The translations under genes were made by a program, and so were the position numbers. The notes under the pieces are model-generated. The model was given only the letters and a program-made list of their open reading frames with translations. It had not been told where the DNA came from and searched no databases. From an uncultured bacterium (lineage in GTDB: Bacteria; Verrucomicrobiota; Verrucomicrobiia; Verrucomicrobiales; DEV007), in contig CAXBMO010000008.1 in NCBI GenBank assembly GCA_963977015.1, forward strand, positions 64,001 to 128,000: DNA of 64,000 nucleotides. Reading direction: 5' to 3'. Numbering within the stretch: position 1 is the stretch's first letter; every line of letters starts with the position of its first letter. Below are positions 19,301-27,800 of the stretch, in pieces.

Positions 19301-19545
19301 AAACGCGTGACGCCGCTGACGCCCATGAGGGCGGATTCCATCGGAACCGTGATCAACGTCTCCACTTCCTCCGGAGCATATCCGGGAGCCTCAACCAGAA
19401 TGGTGACGGTCGGTTTGGTGAGATCCGGTAACACCTCGACCGGGAGTTCGAGCGTCTTCTTTACGCCCAGAACCAGGAGAACCGCCGCCGCCGCGAGAAT
19501 AAGGGTGCGCTGCGCGAGGCTGAATCGAATGAGTGCGTTCAGCAT
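16390..19545 (-). CDS. CusA/CzcA-family heavy-metal efflux RND permease
   Basis: 1051 aa; APGYAPEEVE, MTLGGLAVAIGMVVDDAIV, EGRLFTP, RLVPVLMTA. Confidence 0.93.
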   Translation of the reverse strand: MLNALIRFSLAQRTLILAAAAVLLVLGVKKTLELPVEVLPDLTKPTVTILVEAPGYAPEEVETLITVPMESALMGVSGVTRLRTVNDISLSLIFVEFEWGTDIYRARQFVQERMSGADDFLPPGITPYMTPVTSLMGDIMLVGLRDPTGMTSDRDLRVLADWVIARRFQSIPGIAEVLSMGGGVKQLQVQPNPNKMLALGVSFEEIRTAAERSVKNTTGGFLTERDQEIMVRNLAMTTDVDEIAKTVVKYEDDRAIRLSDVAEVVWDVEPMRGDAGIGRKGDEPGPDGYRGNSGIIMSVRKSPGFDTIELSKLVEEAIDELQETLPEGSELLTTYRQRDFIELSIGNLEEALRDGAIMVSIVLFLFLFNVRVTLITLTAIPLSLGITILVFDFMNMTVNSMTLGGLAVAIGMVVDDAIVDVENVYRRLRENAALDEPKPKLEVIALASAEVRSSILYATILIILVFLPLIALSGVEGRLFTPIAVATMISMAASFVVSLTVIPVLSSYLLNPKAGKEHGDVWIVKQLKKVFSATWLKFALGQPLLLLAITVGLLVFSGLIYTKMGGNFLPPFREPTMLIATTMAPGTSLKTTVEISRTAQDRLLGVKGIDVVGYRVGRAERGDHVVPVSTVELDLEFDEYGEEHREEVMKNVRETMRGIPGTFSAMSTPLADRIGHMLSGVSAKVAVKIYGPDLEELRRLGTQVAGIAREIPGMEEARTEQQASVPQLRIEIDRDRAAAYGVTPGELNEELADLIGGGYVAEIYESQRVYDLVVRLPAEWRENPEKLRNFYIDTQDGQRIPLSYVAEIRQASGPNTILRENTQRRFVVSINPTTTDLNAVVEELQSQVAEKVQLPEGYAIAFEGEYQAQQEARRTIFIMSAIILLVIVFLLFSYFQCFSFVLLVLSNIPISVIGGILFTRMTLDNISIATLVGFIAISGIAARNSIMMISHYLHLMAHEGEQFDLKMVIRGTEERLVPVLMTAISAGIALLPLVLAANEPGKEILNPVAIVIVGGLVSSTFLGLGVTPAIFYTFCRKPAEKSIRVRAAACG

Positions 19546-19551
19546 AACGGG

Positions 19552-20707
19552 TTAGGCGGTGGCGGGTTGCTTTTTGCGATTGCGCAGAAGGGTTTGCCCG
19601 CAAACCAACAACAACGCGGTAGCGATCGCGGCCCAAATACGGATGATCCAATCGAGCGTCCCCGGTTCGCCTGCCCCATGGCCATGGTCGTGATCCTCTT
19701 CGGTGTTTGCTTGTTGCTCCTCCGTCATTTCAGAGCCGTCCTCGTTGTGTTCGTGGCCGTGCGCCGCGTCCAACGCTTCCTTGAGGGACATGCCACTGCC
19801 GCTGCCGGCAAAACTGAGCGCATAGGATCCCTGCGTCACAACTTCATCGCCAGGAAACAAGCCGTTGATGACTTCATAGTAGCGATCGTTGCGCTCACCC
19901 AATGCCACCGGCGCCTTGATGAAGGCATTGGGCAGTTCGAAATCCTTCACAAACACGACTCGCTTGGTGGGGTCTCCCTGCACCGCCTCCCGCGGCACCG
20001 CCATGACCCAATCACGTGTTTTGGTGATGATGTTGAATTCGGCGCGCATTCCGGGCTGAAGTTTCAGGTCAGGATTAGGGACTTCAAAAATCCCTTCCAC
20101 CGTTCCGGTCTTGGCATCGGCCGCGGTTCCGTATCGCGTCAACGTGGCCTCGATCGAGTCGTTCCCCAACGCGGGAATTCTGATGCGTGCCTTGGCTCCG
20201 ATCTTGGTCGCCGCGGTCTCCTGCTCTGGAATCCGCGCCACCGCCCACATGCTGCTGCGGTCGGAAATGTCGAGCAACTCTTCAGCCGGTTCAACGGGCT
20301 GGCCAATGCGTACGTGTGAGGCGATCACCATGCCGTCCATCGGCGCTTTCAGTCCCACGGAAGGAGGCGGGTTGCCGGATTTCCACCTCGGCGACAACCT
20401 GGCCTTTCTTCACAAAGTCGCCCTCAAACACTTCGATGCTCTTGATGCTGCCGGGAATGCGCGAAGAAAGCGCGGAACGCTTCGCCGGGATTTCCTGAAT
20501 TCGACCGATGGCAAAGACCGTCGTCTTAAAGTCGGTTTCTTCGACCTCTTCGGTTTTGATCCGCAGGTTGGCGACGCCAATCTCGTCCAGGATGATGGTG
20601 TTGGCGGCGCGTTCGGGGTCGATTGGGCCTTCTCCCTCCTCACTTTCCGCCGCAGCGATCAAGGGGATTAAACAGGAGAAGGAAAGAAGGAAGGTTCGGA
20701 ATACCAT
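19552..20707 (-). pseudogene. RND periplasmic adaptor (CzcB/CusB-like), split by a frameshift near 20370-20383
   Basis: N-half (MVFRTFLL...EGDFVKKGQVVAEVE) and C-half (GNPPPSVGLKAPMDG...LQPGM...His-rich tail) lie in different frames; the 1156 nt span is not a multiple of 3. Confidence 0.85.
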
Positions 20708-20864
20708 GGTTGGATCAGTAAGGGGGGATGGGAGGAATGTTCCAGATCTCGAGCAATTCAAGCGGAGACGGCGTCGATGTGGCGAGGAGATTTGGCGGTT
20801 ACACCGCCTTCGGCGAGGCCGCACGCTTTCTCGGACGCATTCATTTTTATGGGCAAAAGGTTCA

Positions 20865-22199
20865 CTAAAACGGCTCCAAAGCAGCGGCTTTGTGGAGTTT
20901 GGCCAAGGCCAGATGATAATCGCGCAGGGCTTCGATGGCATTTTCTTCAAGAGCCAGGGAACGTTCCTGAGCCCGCTGCAGGCGGAGGAAGTTCTCCTTG
21001 CCAAGTCTCCATGCTTCGCGGACTTCACGGATGTTGCGTCGGGCCAGCTCCAGCGTTTGGCCGCTGGCTTGGGTCCAGGTTAAGCGGCGTCGCTCCAGTT
21101 CTTCATTCGTTGTCGCGATCTCGTTTCGAATCTCGGCACTGGTTGCTTCGGTGGAAGCCTGGGCGGCTGCCAATTCCTGCCGGGGGGCGTCGGTCAACCG
21201 GGCTTCGGGAGTCCGCAAGGGCAGCGGCAGGGAAAATCCGACACCGGCAAAGGTGTTGCGTTCCAAGCCTTCGGGAGCGTCTTCCGCCGTCTCGCGCTCG
21301 AGGAAGAGCCGCACGGCAACGTCCTGCCAACGGCGCGAACGAGCCAACTCGATCGCAGCTTCGGCCCGGCTTTGTTGCATCAGGCTCAATTGCAAATCCG
21401 GTCGACGCGCGAGAACTTCCGCGCTCGGGGAAATTCGGAAGGGGATGGGATCCGCCAACTCTCCGGCGATGCGGACGTGGGAATCCGGCGTTCTGCCCAA
21501 CAGCCCGCGCAGCCTCCCATTGATTACCGCCAGTTCCGCCTCATGCTGCCGGACGACCCGAGTTTGGGCCTCCACTTCAAGCGTGGCTTCGGTCAGATCG
21601 ATCTGTGAAGCCTCCGCAACTTGAAAGGAATTCCCGATTTGCTCGGCCAATTCCGCCAACACCCCACGCAAGGCCCGGTGAAGCCGAACCTGCCGTTCCA
21701 GCGCCAACGCATCCACGGCGGTGAGTCGCACCTCGCCCGCCAGATTCCACTCCGCGATTCGCACCTCAGCCTTGGCCAAAGCCAAATCGACTTCGGAGAG
21801 ATCACGCGCACGCTGAAGTCGATCCGTTAGCGGGAACTTCTGAGAGAAGGCAACTTCGACCACGCTTTCATTGTTGTTGAGCCCCCATTGATCGGTGTTG
21901 GCTCCCAGCTCAAATTCGGGATCGTCCAGTTTTCCGGACCATTTCAGCTTGGCCTGGGCAACTGCGATTTGACGGCGCGCGGCCCGCAATTGCGGATTGT
22001 TGGCAATGGCAAATGCGATCGCCTGCTCCGTTGTGAAGCTGACCTGGTCACTCTTGGGAATGGTCGCCGCCTCGGCCGGGACAGGACCGGAGGGCGGAGG
22101 ATTGGCGCAACCCGCCACCATAGTCGCCATGAGGATTGTGACGCAAAGGCAAACGGGTGAACTTGGGGATGGACGCGGATTGGGATTGGGATGAAACAT
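20865..22199 (-). CDS. TolC/CzcC-family outer membrane efflux lipoprotein
   Basis: Lipobox VAGC; AIANNPQL, ARRPDL, GVGFSLPLPL; first gene of the CBA operon. Confidence 0.9.
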   Translation of the reverse strand: MFHPNPNPRPSPSSPVCLCVTILMATMVAGCANPPPSGPVPAEAATIPKSDQVSFTTEQAIAFAIANNPQLRAARRQIAVAQAKLKWSGKLDDPEFELGANTDQWGLNNNESVVEVAFSQKFPLTDRLQRARDLSEVDLALAKAEVRIAEWNLAGEVRLTAVDALALERQVRLHRALRGVLAELAEQIGNSFQVAEASQIDLTEATLEVEAQTRVVRQHEAELAVINGRLRGLLGRTPDSHVRIAGELADPIPFRISPSAEVLARRPDLQLSLMQQSRAEAAIELARSRRWQDVAVRLFLERETAEDAPEGLERNTFAGVGFSLPLPLRTPEARLTDAPRQELAAAQASTEATSAEIRNEIATTNEELERRRLTWTQASGQTLELARRNIREVREAWRLGKENFLRLQRAQERSLALEENAIEALRDYHLALAKLHKAAALEPF

Positions 22200-22235
22200 C
22201 AGCGCGATGGCCGGGAAACGAGGCTGTCGGACGAT

Positions 22236-22262
22236 TCAACGTCGCAACTCGGGACACCCCAC
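22236..22262 (-). promoter_or_regulatory. candidate ECF promoter for the efflux operon
   Basis: Minus strand GTGGGGT-N14-CGTTGA, ending 36 nt before the TolC ATG; same architecture as the divergent copy. Confidence 0.65.
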
Positions 22263-22329
22263 ACTTTTGCCAATCTTTTTTCGAGCCTCGGTCTGATGGC
22301 GCGTTCTTTGACAAAATCCGGAAAACGAA

Positions 22330-22356
22330 GTGGGGTAGCCCCATTATCGGCGTTTA
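22330..22356 (+). promoter_or_regulatory. candidate ECF promoter for the cnrYXH-like operon (autoregulation)
   Basis: GTGGGGT-N14-CGTTTA, ending 19 nt before ATG 22376. Confidence 0.65.
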
Positions 22357-22375
22357 AGTCTGCAAACACACTCCC

Positions 22376-22708
22376 ATGCCAATGGACATGAAACGAATTG
22401 ACGATCTGTTGGATGAACTGGCCTCATCCAAAATTCCTGACGCTCCTCCAGCTCATGCGGTCCTACGCAAGGTTCGCAACCTGCTAGCTTCCGGAGCGAA
22501 ACCGGAATACGCCCTTCCTTGGTTGAGTATGCCTCAGCTTGCTGTGGGGCTGGCGTGTTTGGCGCTGATTCTGGGATGGGCCAGCGCACTCCTCTCGACT
22601 TCGTCCAGCCGTACCGACACCTTGGCGGAACTGCGGGACTCATTGGGCTTGGAGGCGTTTGACGCAGATTATTCCCCGCTACCTCACCGCATCCTGCTCC
22701 ACCCATGA
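22376..22708 (+). CDS. CnrY-like single-TM anti-sigma factor
   Basis: About 110 aa, IDDLLDELA N-terminus, one TM helix; directly upstream of and overlapping the CnrX-like gene. Confidence 0.7.
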   Translation: MPMDMKRIDDLLDELASSKIPDAPPAHAVLRKVRNLLASGAKPEYALPWLSMPQLAVGLACLALILGWASALLSTSSSRTDTLAELRDSLGLEAFDADYSPLPHRILLHP

Positions 22709-23169
22709 ATTTGACTTGGAAGAACGGACTGCTGCTTTTTCTCGGCGTCGTGATCGCGTCGGCAATCGGCCACTTCATTGCCACCCCGTTTATCAATAAA
22801 CGATCCAGCCAAGCTCCTCCTTCTCAGCTTCACGCCCATGCCCATGAGGTCTTGCAGCGGGACCTCAAATTGAGTGCCGAGCAAGTTCAAACTCTGGAGG
22901 AGATCGAGATCCGTTTTTTGAAGCGCGAATCCAAACTCAAAGCGGCCAATGCCGCCGCCGTTGCCCGGCTTGCGGATGCTTTGGAACGCGACCGGGCTTA
23001 TTCCGCCGATGTGGACGCCACCATCGCCGAGATCCATGAAACCCAGGGAGAGATTCAAAAGGCAACCATCGAGCATCTCCTGGAAATGAAATCCGTTCTG
23101 ACCACCGAGCAACACGACAAGCTCCTAAGCTTGGTCGCCAAAGCTCTCCGTCACCGAACGGAAGACTGA
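22705..23169 (+). CDS. CnrX-like periplasmic heavy-metal sensor
   Basis: N-terminal TM anchor; HEVLQRDLKL..LEEIE and IQKATIEHLLEMKSVL resemble CnrX HEILH..LELKE and LQRATLVHVFEMRAGL as recalled. Confidence 0.82.
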   Translation: MNLTWKNGLLLFLGVVIASAIGHFIATPFINKRSSQAPPSQLHAHAHEVLQRDLKLSAEQVQTLEEIEIRFLKRESKLKAANAAAVARLADALERDRAYSADVDATIAEIHETQGEIQKATIEHLLEMKSVLTTEQHDKLLSLVAKALRHRTED

Positions 23170-23201
23170 CTGGCAGGAAAGAGAACGGCGCGGCCGCGGC
23201 T

Positions 23202-23780
23202 ATGTCCGAAAACGAAGAGGACATTTCGCTTATTGAGCGATTCAAACAAGGCGATGAAGCCGCGCTGGAAGCGTTGATCTCCCGCCATCACGAAGGCTTG
23301 TTTCGTTTTATCTATTGGCATCTCCAGGATGAGCACGAAGCCTCCGACGTTCTCTCCCAAACCTTCTTCAAGGCGTATCATAAGCGCGATCGCTATCGCC
23401 CCAAACCGGGAGTTCAGTTTCAGACCTGGCTCTATACCATCGCCACCAACCTGTGCCGCGACCACCTCCGCAAACGCAGGCGGCGCCCCGGAGATTTCGC
23501 TGCCGTTTCAGGGGAACCCGGACCTCTGGAAGGGAGCGCCGGCACCTCTGCGGAAGCTGGCCCCGACGAGCTGGCCGCCCAGGCGGAGGACATCGCAATG
23601 CTCCGCCAGGTCATCGCATCATTGCCATCGTCACTCCGGGATGCGCTGGTTCTTTCGGTCCTCGAAGGCCGGACGCAGAAAGAAACGGCCGAACTCCTCG
23701 GTTGTACGGTTCGCGCAGTGGAAGCGCGGATTCGGCGGGCCAAGGAGTTGATTCGCCTTGAGATGTCGAAGGCTGAATGA
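23202..23780 (+). CDS. CnrH-like ECF sigma factor
   Basis: FQTWLYTIATNLCRDHLR (region 2); LEGRTQKETAELLGCTVRAVEARIRRA (region 4). Confidence 0.9.
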   Translation: MSENEEDISLIERFKQGDEAALEALISRHHEGLFRFIYWHLQDEHEASDVLSQTFFKAYHKRDRYRPKPGVQFQTWLYTIATNLCRDHLRKRRRRPGDFAAVSGEPGPLEGSAGTSAEAGPDELAAQAEDIAMLRQVIASLPSSLRDALVLSVLEGRTQKETAELLGCTVRAVEARIRRAKELIRLEMSKAE

Positions 23781-23901
23781 AGTTCGTGTTCTGGTAAGGC
23801 ATTGCTACTCCACGTGTGTGCCGATCAATCGGCGGGACGCTCGTGCCGGAATTGATTTCGCCGACAGTCTCCTTCCGCCTCAACGCACGCCGCTTTTCAC
23901 A

Positions 23902-23960
23902 AACTAACAAGCTGCTACAAAGCGGTTGAGTGCTTCAAGAGCAGCCATATTCTCTTAGCT
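23902..23960. repeat. degenerate attC-like imperfect palindrome
   Basis: AACTAAC-AA-GCTGCT...AAGC/GCTT...AGCAGC...CTTAGCT; ATG follows 3 nt later. Confidence 0.35.
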
Positions 23961-23963
23961 AAA

Positions 23964-24596
23964 ATGGAGATTCCCACTTTCATCACCCATTACTTCGAGA
24001 GTGACCGTGGACCATTTCTCAACCTTTGCGATCTTCCAGATGATGAACTCCGACGCCTTGTTGCGGATGAGGCCGACTCAGAGACTGCGTTCAATCGTTT
24101 TGCGCTTGGTCCCGACTTCCTGGAATGGCGGCTTGCTGCAGACGATCTGTTGATTGGAGCGTATCACGACAAGTTCGGATTCCTTCCAATCGGCAGACCT
24201 TATTTCGCGGTGCTAGGTGAATTCGACAAGATGATGACCATGTTTCGTCAAGGTGACCGCACGGTCCTGAATCTCGCTGATTTCGAGGAACACGAAGTCA
24301 CGTTCATGTATCCAGACCATTCTCATCTGACGTCGTTCCATTGTGCCGACGTGCCCCATCTTTTCTACCAGCTGAAGGATACTCCGGAGAATCACGGATT
24401 TAGGGGGCAGCTGTTTACTCTCTCTGAGCTTGCTTCCCGGATGATCGATTCAGGCATCGCTGATTCGATCAACTCACACCTTGACCGGGATGGTTGGGCA
24501 GGTTGCTACGTCGAAGCGCAGATCTGGTGCCGAGATCATCGCACAAAACAAGACGGGAAAGCCGGGGATACAACCGGCGTTAACCTCATTCCGTGA
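23964..24596 (+). CDS. hypothetical protein, possible gene cassette
   Basis: Clean 210 aa ORF, visibly more AT-rich than its neighbours; motifs THYF, RPYF, TFMYPD, YVEAQIW. Confidence 0.75.
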   Translation: MEIPTFITHYFESDRGPFLNLCDLPDDELRRLVADEADSETAFNRFALGPDFLEWRLAADDLLIGAYHDKFGFLPIGRPYFAVLGEFDKMMTMFRQGDRTVLNLADFEEHEVTFMYPDHSHLTSFHCADVPHLFYQLKDTPENHGFRGQLFTLSELASRMIDSGIADSINSHLDRDGWAGCYVEAQIWCRDHRTKQDGKAGDTTGVNLIP

Positions 24597-24639
24597 ATTC
24601 TAGCTCGCCACCGCCGGTGTATCCACTGGGGCGTTGAGA
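24545..24639. repeat. attC-like imperfect palindrome overlapping the ORF end
   Basis: GGATACAACCGGCG (24566-24579) pairs with CGCCGGTGTATCC (24612-24624) leaving one extrahelical base; AACAAG upstream and GTTGAGA (24633-24639) downstream. Confidence 0.5.
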
Positions 24640-24847
24640 TGGCTGTCTGGTTGTGAAACCGGACACGTCTTTTCTTCCTGACCGGGTCGGAAACCAGAGC
24701 GGCATCCTTGATCGGATCCGTGGGTTGGGCCTTGGAGCGCAAAAGAAATCGGCAATTGCCGAATCGTCGATGTTCGGCTTAGGTTTGCGCGATTGATCGT
24801 CCCTGCGACCACCGCTCGTAGGGGATCCGAAGACTCAAGCCCCTGAT

Positions 24848-27800
24848 ATGTTCATGATTCGCCTCCGATTTGTTTTCCTCGCTCTCGTTGCGCTGGCCGC
24901 CGTTCCTGTTTCCCATGCGCTGACGAAGGAAGAGCTGGCCGAACGCTTTCAGGAACTCCCGACCGTGAAGGAGAAGGATCTTCCGCCATTGAAGAACGAG
25001 CGCGAGCCGTTTCAGGGATTGGTGAAACACGAGGAGTTGAGCGCGCATACCTGGGTTCGGTTTCCGTTTGTCGAGAATCCGGGAAGTTTCGGGTTTGATC
25101 CCAAGGGACGGCTGTTCGTTGCCGAGACGAACCGGTTTTGGCTGGGGGTGCCGGATTTGCGCGGGGCGAACGACCTGATTCGGGGCGATTACCAATCGAT
25201 CACGGTTCAGGATCGTCAGAGGCTCTACGACGCACATGCGGAACAATTTCCGGAAGGCTTTTTCACGAAAGTCGCCGACCGGGTCATTCGACTGGAAGAT
25301 CGCGACAAGAATGGCGCGGCCGATCATCGCACCCTGTTCTCCGATCATTTCAATTCGCCGCTCGATGGGATTGGCTTCTCCGTGTTGGCCGAAGATGACG
25401 CGGTCTACTTCACCTGTATCCCGAGTTTGTGGAAGATGACGGACGCGAACGAAGATGGCGTCGCGGATGAGCACGAGGTGGTGGTTGACGGGTTTGGCGT
25501 TCGCGTTTCCTTCATTGGGCACGATCTGCACGGCATCACGCGCGGGCCGGATGGGCGTCTCTATTTCTCGATCGGCGATCGCGGTTATCACGTGACGTTG
25601 CCAAATGGCGAGGTGTTGGCGGAATCGGGAAGGGGAGCGATCTTCCGCTGCGAGTCGGACGGAAGCGGGTTCGAGGTCTTCTGTCGGGGACTGCGCAATC
25701 CCCAGGAACTGGCGTTTGATGAATACGGGAACCTGTTCACGTTCGACAACACCGGCGACATCGGTGACCTGGCGCGAATGGTCTATGCCCTGGAGGGAAG
25801 CGATTCCGGCTGGGACATGGCGCACCAGGCGGCTCATCAATACGTGACGCATCTGGACTGGGAAGCGTTTCACCCGAAGACTTCCGTTTGGGTGGCGGAG
25901 AAGATGTATGACACCCACAGCGAGGAGCAGCCGCAATGGCTTTACCCGCCGGCGTCGCACGTTGCCCGCGGTCCCTCGGGCGTCACGTTCCTGACCGGCG
26001 AGTCGTTGCCGGCTGATTTGCGCGGCAAGTTCCTCCTCGCCAATTACCGTGGGGCGTCCCAGAACTGCACCGTCCTCACCGTCGCGGTGGAGCCAAAAGG
26101 CGCAGGCTACGTCGCGACGTCGGAAGACATTCTCGTTGAAGGCGCTGCCGTGAGCGATGTGGAGCAAGGCTACGACGGCAAGATCTATCTTTGCGACTTT
26201 GGTGGTGGATGGTCCGTCAATACGAACGGTGGCGTCCATGTGCTGACTTCCACGAACCAGGCGGAGGAGAAGGCGGGGTTGGAAATGGCGGCGCTTCTGG
26301 AGAACGGCCTCGACCAGAAATCGATCGCCGAGTTGGTCGCGCTATTGAAGTCTCCCGACAAGCGGTTGCGACAGTTTGCCCAATTTGAGTTGGTGAAACG
26401 TGGCACGGAAGGCGGCGATGCCTTGTTTGCCGTGGCCCGGGATACATCGGCAAAGACGACCACGCGATTGCACGGAGTCTGGGGGCTGGGGCAGCTTGGG
26501 CGTCAGGCCGAAAAATCGTCGAACGCAGGTTCACGATTGTTGGAGTTGAGCCGCGATCGCGAGGCTGAGATTCGCGCCAATGTGGCGAGGACGTTGGGAA
26601 GTTTTCGTCACGTCGCGGCTCGTGACAGAATGCTGGAGCTGTTGAAGGATCCGTCGCCTCGGGTTCGTTCGCTTGCCGCAATTGCCCTGAGCCGAATCGC
26701 CAAACGCGGTGACGAAGCGGCGATCAATGCGCTTTACCAACTCGCTGAACAGGTTGGGGGCGCGAAGGAATTGGATCCGGTCCTGCGTCATGCCGGTCTC
26801 TCCGCGTTGGATCTCGTCGGAACGGTTGACGCGGCGGTAGCCCGGCTCCAGGCGCCATCGCGCGAAGTTCGACTTCAGGCGCTCCTCTTTCTGCGTCGCC
26901 ACGAGAGTCCGGAGTTGGCGCGGTTCCTCAACGATGGGGACGCGTTGATTCGGCGGGAAGCAATTCGCGCGATCTACGATACGTCGGTTGTCGACAGTCC
27001 GTTTGGAAACTGGCTCGCTTCGTTGGGCTCGGATGCGGCGGAGTTGCCGCTCCTGCTTCAGCGTCGCGTCGTCGCGGCGAACTATCGTGGTGGAAGTGCC
27101 GAGAACGCGCGCAATCTCGTGAAACTGGCGGGAATGGATAGTCTCGATCCGTCGGTGCGCGAGGCTGCGCTTCATGGACTGCGGTTGTGGGAGAAGCAGA
27201 TCGTGACCGACCCGGTTCTTGGTCTCTATCGTCCCTTGGTGGACGGTGATCGTTCCATGGCGGAACTGGGAACGTTTATCCAATCCGAGCTCAAGGCGCT
27301 GCTTGCCTCAAACCTACCTCCAAACCTCGCCGCATTGGGGTTGAAACTGGCCGACGAGTCGGGCGTTCAGGTTGAGCCATCGACCTTGGGCACCCTGGCG
27401 GAAAACACGAAGTTGGATCCTGAAATTCGCGTTGCCGCGCTCGATAGTTTGGTGAGTTCGTTGGGTAGTGGTGCGAAAGCGACGGTTTCCAATTTGCTGG
27501 AAGATTCCACGGACGTGGTTTCGGCGGCCGCTCTCCGTCATGGATTTTCCCTGAAGGTTGGTGGGATCAGCAAGATTGCCGAAACTGCGGTGGCGTCAAA
27601 ATCGCTCGAAACAGCGCGGGCCGGAATCGAGGGGCTGGCAAAAGCGAATCCGTCGCGCGTCCTCGGCTACTGGAACGAACGCGAGACGGCGGCGTTGCGT
27701 CCGGAATTGAAGCTGGACGTGTATGTCGCCCTGCAAAGTTCCGGCGACGCCAAGCTGAAGCAGGCCGCCGCGGCCTACCTCGCCACCGGACCCAACGCGG

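Noticed and set aside
20708-20864. Possible NiCo riboswitch or internal promoter between TolC and the adaptor
   Set aside because: Only short hairpins; no NiCo consensus and no GTGGGGT-N14-CGTT copy
20708-21028. N-terminal 107 aa of track ORF 20291-21028
   Set aside because: Overlaps the TolC 3' end in another frame; the signal-peptide start at 20707 is more credible
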